Shown here: piece by piece, positions 27,601 to 38,106 of the stretch
Position numbering within the stretch: position 1 is the stretch's first letter
How the letters are laid out: each line of letters opens with the position of its first letter
From: Klebsormidium nitens
Lineage: Eukaryota; Plantae; Klebsormidiophyceae
Assembly: GCA_000708835.1 (NCBI GenBank)
Contig: DF237134.1
Coordinates: 62,001 to 126,000, forward strand
Direction: 5' to 3'
Length of the DNA: 64,000 nt
Notes under the pieces: generated by a model
Database searches by the model: none
What the model saw: the letters and a program-made list of their open reading frames with translations, nothing else
What the model was told of the DNA's origin: nothing
Position numbers and translations under genes: made by a program

Positions 27601-30600
27601 AGCGCGTCCAGAACTCGGCCTCGCTCAGCTGCGGGAACAAGGGGCAGAGCGTGAGCAAAGATTGACGGAATAGGGTTTGGGGAAGCATGTTGAAAACTTA
27701 GTCGGCCTCTCTTAGCTGCAATCAGAAGGGGGCAGAGTGTTATGAAGATGGGAAGAGCACGGTTTCAAATTGTGGAGAAGCATATTGATGACTTATTTGG
27801 CCTCACTCAGCTGCAATTGGATGGGGCAGAGTGTGAAGAAAGATTGCCGAGATAGGGTTTTTTTTTTTGTGGGGAGGCATGTTTGATAAGATAGTCGGCC
27901 TCGCTTAGTCGCGAACATAAGAGGCGGAGTGTGGGAAAGGAGCGGGGTTTGAAAGGAGGATTCCAAGAAGTGCGTGCTCAGCACTCAGCCCTTTGCTGAG
28001 GGAGAATATAGGAAGATGATAAAAGAGGGGTTTCGTATCCGTGGCAAAGCAGGTTGTTGTTCAATCTGGCTCAGCTACGAAATGCAGACTATGAGGAAAG
28101 TCGCAACGACGAGAGTATGTTTACACTACCCATCTTCCTTTTACGTGACTTGGACAAGTGAACATAGAAGCGCGTGGGGAAGAGAGTGATTGCTTTGCGT
28201 GTGTCGAGGCTTCAAGTAAGTAATTGTAAACTCGTTTACTCTCAGTTTCGAGAAGGTAGATGGCGAAACGAGACCGAGGGGCTTCCTAAGCATGGAAGAC
28301 GCATATAGGGCATAGTCAGAATCAGAGCGCTCGCCGTTCTTGACGGCAGTGGAGTAGCCAGTTACCAGGACGTCATTCTTCGCACCATTACTCACTAGGC
28401 AGAACGGCAAGGGGGGCATAGTGCGAAGCAAGGTCAGGATTTAGTTTCGCTCTCACCTTGTCTGGCACGTTCTCCATGTATCGTTGCAAGACGAGCGGTC
28501 GCTCCTGGAAGATCTGCATGAATGATCGCCCTCGTTTGTCATCCAGAAAATCAGTGCCCAATAAGCCGGCTCCGTCTGATGCCCTTCAGCTTTAAGCATT
28601 CCCGTTTCCGCTCGTTCCGTTTTTGTCAAAGCCCCCTGTTTTTCTTGCAAAGGTCTGGACTGCTGGCCTCCGTCTGTGTACATGCTGCCTCGTTACGCGC
28701 ATTTGTGACCGTTTCGTCTTCTTCCAGCAACGAGGATAGGCGGATAGCATTACGGCCTAGCCTCGAAAGAAGAGGGTAAGATGAAGTGCAGCTACTCATA
28801 TCGATGCCGGGAGGCGGGAAGGACCCAGACATGCAAAAGGCTGCTCTTGCGCGGCAAAGAGAAGGAGCGGAGTTGAAAGCATACCGACCTGGTGGATGAT
28901 CTGGGGGGTGAGGTTGAAGCTGACTTTGTTCGTCTGCAAGGACATCAACACAACAAGCTGTTACGAAAGACGCATTCCCGAAGTCTTCGTCCTCAGAACG
29001 CAATCTCCAAACTTTTCGTCCTCAAAACGCTCGTCCTCGGACTCTTAATCGCCTACAGACAGCTTACAGCGAGCGCGAAAACGCTGGCTTTCTTCTCGCA
29101 GGGAGCCCATTCGCGAAAGGGCCTGGTGAAAACTAGATGTGGGGCTCACCCGGCCGTCAACCACCGGCTTGAGGGCGGTCAGCATTTGGCTGGAGAGCCC
29201 CGTCTTCTGGTCCGACTGCTTGGCGGCCTCCTTCTCGAGCAAGCCCTGCGAAACATGCGCTCAACATGCACTAAGACGACTTTCATCCTGAGAGGGTCAA
29301 AATGCAAAGAAAGGTACCATAAAAGCTGGGCTTGAGGGTCGGATCGTTGCCACGGACAAGCTAATAGGTGCATCGAAGCCCGGAAACACACTTATTGATG
29401 GACAGGGAACAGGAGTAGACGGTGCAATGTGTTTGGGTCGAAAAGAAGGACCTTGGTAGGATAAGATGTGTCCGGCCACCATTTGCGGAAAGCAGAAGAT
29501 GCGGGACCCAAATCGCCGCGCGTTTCCCCAACATTTTGAACAGCATATCCAGATTTACCGACGGGTCTTTGGTTCAACCTAAAATCCTATCACAAATACC
29601 CCCAAAACCCGAAAACCCAAAACCCGACAACCCGAAACAATACATGCGTCGGACGCTCGTACCTTCCGCGTGCTCCAGAACTCTGCGTCCGTAAGGATTC
29701 CTGTCCCGACGAGCTGCTCGTGCAGCTTCCGGAGATCCCTGCAGCCGGTGGCGTGGCGTCAGTCTCGCTTGGAACGTGACGTCACTCTGTGGGCTTGACT
29801 CGTCAGGCTAAGCAAATATTTGTCATACCGCACTGCAGGTCAATAACCTACACATGATTAAAAGCAAAACTAAACTTATGATAAGAAGTGGCTTCGTCCT
29901 GACGAGTTGGCTCCGGCGACAATCTGGTTAAAACCTTAACCAACCAGCCAACTACAAAAGCCTCCCAGTAAACCTTACCAAACAATCTCTGTGTGAAGTT
30001 GCTCTTCCCAAAGGCTGAATTGGGTGCTTGTTCCGTCCTTAGAACATTCACAGCACATGGTTCGAGTTTCCGCAATTGCAGAGTCTTCCTTATCGTGGGT
30101 ACACCCAGACCAGACACTTTGCTCAAAAGATTCTTCATTAATTCGTTTGATTGACTTCCATTCCAAAGAGACAAAGCAACTTCCCAGTGGAAGGAAAACA
30201 ATGGGTAGAAAAGGCCATAAACAGAGCCGAAGAGCATCTCGGGCTGGCACGTACGCATCCTTGGCAAGCACCGCCATGCGCTGCTCAATCTCCGCTTGGC
30301 TGACGTTCTCGAGCTGCGAGGAAGCCCGCCCTGCGCCGGAGGGTTTGGAAGTTTGGGAGGGGGCGGTCGGTCCGGCGCTGGCGGCCGCTCCGCTTGAGCT
30401 TGGACCGACCGGCGGCTGATGGCGGGCGATGATTGAACCTGTTGGAAGGGTGGTTACTTTGTCAAGCCTGAACCGCATGCTCGCATAGGCTCGGTTTGCC
30501 AAAGTAATGTTTAACTACGTCACGGTGTTTGCGGACCGGCCACGTCGGACCAAAGCGGCCTAAACAAGCGGCATTGGACACATTCGAAACGGGCATAAGA

Positions 30601-32356
30601 GCTGATTCGCTTCCTCTGCTGGGCGATGCGCAACACGTTCGTTTGCATGATGCAGGTCGTCTAGTCTTTGGTTATTGACAACGAGATCGGATTACGTCAG
30701 TGGACGAAGGCCTAACCACGTTCTCGTTTGTGACAAGGAAGCTCTATTGTGTGCGGGTGCACCATATGCAGAGAATCTTAAACCGACACCAGTGACTGTT
30801 CACGGAAGTTGCGTATGAAGGCAATCAGGCAGGGCACTCACCGACGATTGGGTTGGCCTTGTTCCGGTCGTCGAATGAGTTGAACTCGAACATAAACCCT
30901 GGTTTCTGCAGGAAGTTGAGACCTTGGTTGAGGTGTACCTAGTCTGGAAATCAAGCAACAAATGTTCCGACTTTGTGGGTACCACTAGACCTTTGTAGGG
31001 CTATTTCCACGAATTGTATTGCTTTTGTTTCTATTTTCTTGTTAAGAGCTCAGTCGGCAACATAGACAATTGGTCAACATGTAACATGAAGCATCCAAAA
31101 GGCAAAATACTATAGCACGGACCTTATTTGCACAAAAGATTCATCTGAATGTCAAATCTGGAAGTTACTCGTTGAGAAAATGTCTGGCTAACAAATCTCC
31201 GCCTTTTGAGTTTGCAAAGAGGCAAGAGCTGTACCTTGGGATCCACGTCTGTCATCAGCTTCATGAGCGCCTTCTTCGACTCCTCCTTTGTGTTGAAGTG
31301 CTCTGATGCAACAAAGAATAGAACTGGACCATCGGAGAACGCTTCTTGGGGCCCACCATTGAAATATTAGATTGAAAGCAGCAGCTATCACATGGTCGAG
31401 AGGATGGTCATCGAAATGGGAGCGAAACCACTGTAAGTGTCACCACATTAATGGGGCGTGCGTGTGTACCACCACTACAAACTCGCCAGGAGGTGAGATT
31501 TGCCTGTTCACACCATCGCGCAATGTCAATGATTCGCTCATTCATGCCACCAGTCAAGGCATAAACCAAGGAGAGAATTACAATGCTTGATCGCACTGCG
31601 GCTATACTGTCTCTGTTTTCCTGGGACTACTTTCCTCAAACTGGCTATCATAGCCTACCCAACTGCAGTGATACATAACACAACCTGTTCTGATCTCAGT
31701 ACTGATTATTTGACCCTCAATATGGCGTACCACCTCAAATAGGATCTAGGAAGATGGGGGAGATGAAAGAGCTCACTTTTAATGGTCTTGAAGTCGATGG
31801 AGAGGGGCGTAGCGGCCCCAGGGTTGTTTGGGGTCCATTTCGCGAATCTGGGGGTCTGCACGGCCAGAGCAAATGGTGGTATGCTTTTACAATCCTCCCC
31901 ACGCTGCTGACAATGATTCCGTTGGGGCCATGTGCTTGAAAAAGTAATTTAATACACCAGACAATATTGGCACCCTCTGGACGAAAGTGGGTTTCTAGGG
32001 GACCAACTTTGTAGCACGCTGCTGCAACTGATCACGCCCATGTGTTTCATACCACAAGGAACAAACACAGCTAGTCCTGTTTGATTTACATGCGACACCA
32101 CACTTTCCGTCCTGTAATACTTCTCAGAATAAACTGTAAATGACCTCGGAACTAAAACGTCGAAAGAACATGAAAGATTTCAGGATAGTGCCCATCACTT
32201 GGCTTCAAGTATGAGCACTGGCGCAGCATTGGCGCCAGCGATCAGGATTTCGGTTGCGGCTCTCACCAGCATGAGTACTCCCTCCAGCCCCGCCTCCTTC
32301 ATTGATGGCTTGTACTTGGCGCGGACGGTTAGCAGAACGCTCTCTGCCTCCGCCAT
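21615..32356 (-). CDS. GTF2H1: TFIIH subunit 1 (p62/Tfb1), PH domain plus two BSD domains, ~633 aa, 19 exons
   Basis: Exons 32267-32356, 31777-31855, 31235-31302, 30842-30905, 30255-30438, 29663-29738, 29150-29245, 28889-28933, 28457-28513, 27470-27628, 26571-26639, 26033-26156, 25456-25521, 24688-24818, 24190-24351, 23438-23551, 22864-22941, 22159-22275, 21615-21737 are phase-consistent. Motifs matching plant TFB1: LTDAEFWSTRK, FNLTPQIIHQIFQERP, LSEAEFWTRYCKAEY, DINRHAAVVLDG, DPRRYF, EMLRHFWGAYP, LKDAM, MLDAAFAHYE. Confidence 0.92.
22700..22841. repeat. Imperfect inverted repeat (~42-bp arms, ~58-bp spacer) in a TFB1 intron
   Basis: 22700-22741 (ccggggacgctgtttgaagggatgacgtggcgagctttcggg) versus the reverse complement of 22800-22841 (ccggaacgctgttggaaggaatgacgtggcgggttttaggag): 30/35 identical in the core. 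Confidence 0.85.
24819..24906. repeat. Triplicated acceptor motif at a TFB1 3' splice site
   Basis: ctgcagcggaaaa (true acceptor, 24819), ttgcagcggaaaa (~24849) and tcgcagcggaaa (~24894). The AG is lost in both extra copies. Confidence 0.7.
27255..27515. repeat. Array of ~55-60-bp decayed copies of the TFB1 BSD2-exon end plus donor
   Basis: About four copies of tt(g)gtttg(c/t)tcctc..gcga.ggcccc.c.tcgtcg lie next to the true donor at 27469 on its intronic side. The copy at 27302 keeps AAG|GTTAGT. Confidence 0.85.
27615..27930. repeat. Four-copy ~86-98-bp tandem array spanning the TFB1 BSD2-exon acceptor
   Basis: The unit t(c/t)ggcctc.ct(c/t)agctgc...ggggcagag(c/t)gt...agatt...tagggttt...gcat(g/a)tt starts near 27616, 27702, 27797 and 27895. 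Copies 2 and 3 keep TGCAG on the sense strand. Confidence 0.85.
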
Positions 32357-34350
32357 CGCGTCCTTCTTTCTTATCTCCTCAAGGCGTTCCAAATTGAAAT
32401 AGCGTTCATGGCTGCCAGCCTATCATAGCCTGATCAATCTTTTGTGCTGAAGCCACATTCAAACCCTATAATCTTCGAAAGCCTGAGGCAAGCGCCAGCG
32501 CCCGGGCGGCTGCTTGAACTCAAACCCAGGGCGCAAACCCCGTCTGGACAGCCTGATCACCACAATACCGCCCGCGGCGCGCCGAATGCGCGCTTCCAGC
32601 TTCCCTTAGGTAGATGTTAGCGCGGCCTGCTTCTTTGAATGCTGCGTTGAACTTGTGGCGGAGGCGCAAAACATGGCCGGGATGTAATGAAGCTGAGAAA
32701 AGTGGACACTGGACTAAGACTTATATAGTGGCATTTCTAAAAGTTAGAAAAGCCCTATCGAGCAATCGTGAGCTGCAACCATTCTGTCCAACGCTAATCT
32801 GAAGACACCACTGCAAGTTCAACCACAGACTGGACAGAAACTGAGCAGGTGGGGCCTGTTGTCAGCCTTTGCTCAGATCTCCTAGTCGGCCTATTAGTCT
32901 CGGTGCTGAAGTTGCGTTGGGGTGGTGCTGAGGAATCAAGAGTCTTTGGTTTATGAGAGTCTCCCGCAATGTCCGTTTTAAGGTTCTGCCCTCCCCTATC
33001 CACCAGTTGCTTCTGTTTTCCTCTGTGCGGCGGCAGCATGCTCTTCAAATATGTGACCTGTATCACTTTATAAGGCTAGTGAGCAAGCAGACCAATGAGG
33101 AAAGATTGTGGTGAAGGGGTGTTTGTTCACCAAACTTGTTCAGGTCGTCACAGCCACCAAACTGTCAGAAAGTTGCTTCTACTAGAAGGAGGCCCTATGA
33201 GCTGAGAAGCATTCACTAAGCTTGAGACTACCGTAGAAGTTTCTTAGCAACATATTCATTGCCTCTGTCTCAACCCATCATCAAGTCAGTCTGCTACTAG
33301 CTCAATACCTGCAGCTGACTGGCTAGTGTACTTGTCCAGCTTTTCATGGATCTATCATCATAGGCTGGCAGCAAGCGGGAGCCCATCAAAAGTCCGGGCT
33401 TGTCTGAGGGGTGCAAGAAGGAGGACTGGAGAAAAGTCTTTTCTGCATGTACAAAGCATCTTAAGTAGTTTGCCTCTCTGTCACTCTCAAGGCCTGGAAA
33501 CTTCCATATAAGTTGCTCAAGTTACCTCTTCCAAAGAGCTCTTTGCTTGTTTGCGCAATGCAGGGGATGGCCTGGCGCCATGCGGTCATTCATTTATGCA
33601 TCACGCGACTTTCTGAGAGCCCTTGATGCCCTGAACCAAGCCAAAGAGAAAGGTGGGTGGATGTTTGAAGGATCTTCAACAAGCTCAATTTGTAACAAGT
33701 CCACAATACAAGCTTGTTCTTTGAATACGACTCCAGCAGATATGCAGGGACTATGAGACACAGTCATGGTTACGTAAGTATTTGATGCAAGCTCTGACAT
33801 TTCATGTGGTGACTGGTCTATGAGATTCAGGCAAAATGCAGAAGGGTGCTTCAACCTGCACTCGCTTTGGTTTGACTTCCTTGTGATTGGTTAAGACTTC
33901 CCACAGGTGGAAAGCTCATACTGGGAAGAGCTCATCTGCCTCCCTGGTCAAGGCCTCCCTTCTTCTGCTTGCAGCAAAACGGCCTATCAGGTTGTGCCTT
34001 GCCATACTCTTTGCCCTGGAGGACAGCTTCGGAGGTACGAAATATGCTCGGCTAACAAGCAGTGACACTCGCTTAATCAAGGAATATAAGAAGAGGAGCC
34101 AAAACCGAGGGACACATTGAATCAGGCCGATAAAATTCAACCAGGAGGCTTATCAGTGGTTCGGTAAAGAAGGAAAGTCTGGCCTATTTGGTGGTAGTCA
34201 CGCACTGCAGCCTGGATCAGATCCTCTTCAGGTAGATATCCCCTGGTCAGTAGTATTCCGAGCAGCTCCTCCCAATCCGCCGAGGTTGCGAATGAGAAGC
34301 AGATAGACCCCAGCCTTGCAGTCAGCTTTTAGTGCCTGCGGGGCAGCGGC

Positions 34351-37267
34351 ATGCAAGCAGCAAGCGCGTGCGCAGTGGCGCCGTACAGGTCGCTTCTTCA
34401 GAAGGCTTTCCTGTGTCTGGTGGCGCTAGCATGGGCGTTTGAGGGGGCGAGTGGCTGTGCTGTCAGCAGGCTGCTGGGCTCTGGTCAGGTGAGTATTTCC
34501 TAAACTGCGACCCGTTTAGTGAATTCGAATGTGGCAAGTCACCTCTTTATCGACTTTAAGGCCCGGGCGCTTTTTGAACTCTTGACCTGCGATTCGCATG
34601 AATGAATTGCGGAAGGGCCGAGAGAGATTGGAGAAAAGGGGGTACTGCTCAAGCCAACAAGCTGCGCGCCAATTCGCCACACGCCGCCTCCGCCGCAGCT
34701 CGCAAACGCTTGTGTCCTTCATCTGACTGCAATGTAGCTATCGCAGAGATGCCTGGTGTATCCGCTTTCCGCTCCATCCAGCTAATCAAGACTGTCCCTC
34801 GCCTTGCCGTCGGATGCAATAAAAGTCTCCAAATTTCCCAGAGGCAATTTAGATCCCTACCTGATCAGACTTCTTCTCCCATCTGAAGATCAAAATTACT
34901 TCCTGCAAAGCCGAAAGCGCCCACTCTGAGAAAGGCACCTCGGTGTACTTGCAGGCATCGGGCTTCCACACACTCGGCTCTATTTTCGAGTGGCGCTCTC
35001 GCGGGGGCGCACTCCAGCTGGGGAATCCAGGGAGCGGCAGCAGCGGCTGGCGCCTCGCCGACCCCTCGCCCCTCTGCCCCCTCCTCTCAACAGCCCTCTC
35101 AGCTAAGCCTCCGGAATGTGTGGATTCGACCAAGTCGCGGGAAACACGACAATACACGGAGAAGACGCAGTGCGAAGCGGCGAAGTCAAATGAAAGTTGC
35201 GCGTGGGAGAGCGACGGTCCTGGGGGGCAGTTTTTGGCTGCAGATTGGCCCCCGCTGAAGTCAGTGATCGTCCTGCCGGCCCCGCTGGATCCGGTTTTGC
35301 AAACCGCGCTTTCTGCCAGAGTCAACCTCCGCTGCCCCGACGGTTCGATAGGAGAACCCTCGAACGAAGAAAGAAAGCCGTCGCACATTGGACTGTACTT
35401 CCACCGCACACCGGATCTAGCTGAAACCTCGTACGAGGGGAGCGCAGATGAAGGCATAAGCGGAGCCGTCTCGGGGGAATGGACGGTCGGGGGAATGTCC
35501 CGGGAGCTACAGGGCTCGGGGGCGCATCGCCAGTTGTTAACGAGACTGGTCCTTTCGCCGAGGCGGAGTTCGAGCGGGGGGCAATCGGTGCGATTCGTGG
35601 CTTTGGTGGAGGCGCTGCCGACCGGAGTGTATGCGGACAAGTTTGAGGTTCGAAGGCTGGCGTCGGATGGAGGTGAGGCGGACAGAGGCGATCTTGTTTT
35701 TCCCTTGCTCACTCAACTCCACGAGAGTTAGAATAGTGCTTGCAGGGGCTTTCAGAACCAACCAGATGCCGCTGTCCTCTCACCAAACTATGTTCACAGG
35801 GCCTCTTCTTGAAGTAGATCTGCTCAGTCTTCCTTGATGCGTCAAGGCTGGGGGGGTCTTGTTCAGGAGGGAGAGATTGATGCCCGGGTTTCCAACCAAA
35901 TCAAGATTCAAGCCAGCTGACGACATTGCTGGCAGTCCGCTTATCATTCTCTTCTCAGATGATTTTGCAACTCTGCCGGTCATTCCTTCGACGAGCGGAT
36001 GCGTTCTTCCTACGGACGCGTCCGACTCCTTTAGAACGAGTCACCCAGATCCACCTCTCCCTGATTCGCTTCCTCCGCTCCCCGGCTGCTCACCTCCTCT
36101 CATTCACGCCGTCCTCTCGAAGCCTCCACTCTTGTTGGTTTTGCTCCTGTTTACCATCCCTCTAATCAGTACGCTTCGTCGCTTCGATTTTGGCCCGGTG
36201 GCCATCGAGCGCCCCGCCCCCGGGTGCACCCAGTCGCCCTCTCGTAATCTCCACCTTTCTTTGGAAGATTTCACATTCTTCAACCGTCTCTTTGCTCAGC
36301 CGCTTCCGTCGCCTCGATTTTTGGCCCGGTGGACATCGAGCGCCCCGCCCCAGAGTGCACCCAGTCGCTCGCCATTGCTTACGCGCGCCCGGTGGAGCTG
36401 CCCGGGGGCGGCTTCGAGGCGACGTTCGTGCTTCCTCTGCACTCACGCTATCCGGTGAGAGAGCGCGTTCCGTCGCAGCTTTTGCGTGTATCCGTCAGAT
36501 TCTGGCCAAGACGGAGAAGGCTCTGATTGCCTTCGTACTCGATGACGCTGCGAAATTGTTGAAAGAGTGTGCTCTGCCGGATCTCCTTCTTATGTTGGAA
36601 AAGCTCATCCGGTAAGAGAGCGCGTTCCGTCACGGCTTCTGCATGTCTTCGTTCGATCGTTGCCAAGACGGAGAAGGCCCTGTTCGCCTTCGTACTCGAT
36701 GACGCTGTAAAGTTTTTGAAAGAATGTGCTCTCCAGGGTCTCCTTATGTTGGGGGAACTGGATTCGAGCGCGCGGCTGGCACGCTGTCAAGGGTCAGTCA
36801 CGACGAGGCCGTATTGTGCTGGACAACCACTGTCGTAACTTGATTGCGTTGAACATACGAAAAACTCGTCCTTTCTAAGTTAGCTTCTTCATTCGGTCAG
36901 GAAACAGTTTGAGAACTTTACTGCATTGTTCATGCAGGCTGTCGCCCCTATTCAGTATAACGGAGCTGGATCACAATCAAGTCCCCAGTTCACTGCGGTT
37001 GATATTGGGCCCCCTCTCTACGTCCTCTGGACAGAGGGCCAGGGGCTTTCCACCGAGGAGGACCTGCGGATGCACACCGAATGGCGACGTGCCACGTGGC
37101 AGGGGATCACGGACAGAGATACCGTGGTTCAATGGCGGGTCCCCAACGGAAAAGCGGAGCATGCAGATATAGTGCGGGTCGGTACGGTGTTGGTGTGCTT
37201 AGCTGGCACCGTGTACTTGCTGTCAGTTGTTATGTTGAAGAAGCGAGAACCACGAATCGTAGGGTAA
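34351..37267 (+). CDS. PIGX: GPI mannosyltransferase I subunit PIG-X/PBN1, ~446 aa, 4 exons
   Basis: Exons 34351-34488 (signal-peptide-like AFLCLVALAWAFEGASG), 34955-35672, 36300-36454, 36938-37267. Family motifs: RELQGSGAHRQL, VEALPTGVYADKFE, FGPVDIERPA, LPLHSRYP, WRVPNGKAEH followed by a C-terminal TM helix and KKR. Confidence 0.85.
36160..36765. repeat. Tandem duplications on both sides of PIG-X exon 36300-36454
   Basis: 36162-36245 is a frameshifted copy of the acceptor plus exon start (36291-36375). 36606-36765 is a 157-bp copy of 36449-36605 that includes a second atccg|GT donor at 36612. Confidence 0.9.
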
Positions 37268-38106
37268 CTCCAGTTACATAGCGCCGATCCGTTACCTGTC
37301 GCGTGTTCCTGATCATCATGTACCTCGCAGTGTCCTACTTACAAGCATTAAGCAGTGTAGCTTTGTGCACGTCTCATGTCATGCAATACGCGATCAGAGC
37401 TCTCTATTGATGGCTTGCTACTGCAATCAGACCGTCTGTTTTCATGTCGACCGTACTTCATTCGATCAGGTTTTTAAGCAGAAGAGACAAAACGCAATAA
37501 CCATGGTATACATATGCGTCATATACCCTGAAACTCAGGTGCGTGGCACTACTATATAGTCATTGACTATAATCATTGAAAGAATCCCCAAATTACAGGC
37601 ATGCAGATGCGCGGGTATGCATTATTGCCCCAGCCACTACACAGTCATGTCATCATCCGGTCCATCAACGTATGATTAAGTTGACGGCTCCTCTATGTAT
37701 GCTCAGATGCACAAATCCGTAATTTGCACACAGCAATCGAGGAGACAAGATGTTGGAACGGATGTACGTTGCCTGGCATCGTAACGTAAGCATCCGACCA
37801 GTGATAAGCTGGAAGATAGCGAAATGTCTTCTGGGTGAGCTTTCTTTAGACCTCTCAAAGAATGCAACAAGTTGTTCATCACAACGGCGCTGGTTATGCA
37901 GCGACAGACCTCTCTACAACGCTCTCTCTTTCTGGGCCAAGCCCTACAGAGTCCTCCAACAGCAATTGCAACTGAAGCTGCGAACTCCGACCGGGGAGCA
38001 CCATTCGGCGGCTGGTAAGGCATTGCGCGTAAACGACCTTAGCAGTTAGACCATGACTGGGAAGTACACTCTAAGTGAAGAACCAACCGAACAGCAGTGC
38101 TTGAGT

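Noticed and set aside
27255-27930. Repeat arrays considered as CRISPR-like
   Set aside because: The units are decayed copies of adjacent exon edges, with no unique spacers and no cas genes, in a eukaryotic intron.
36450-36760. Helical-looking peptide repeat (AKTEKAL(I/F)AFVLDDA) in ORFs 36190-36615 and 36569-36838
   Set aside because: It comes from translating the 157-bp intronic duplication off-frame relative to PIG-X; there is no start context or independent support for coding.
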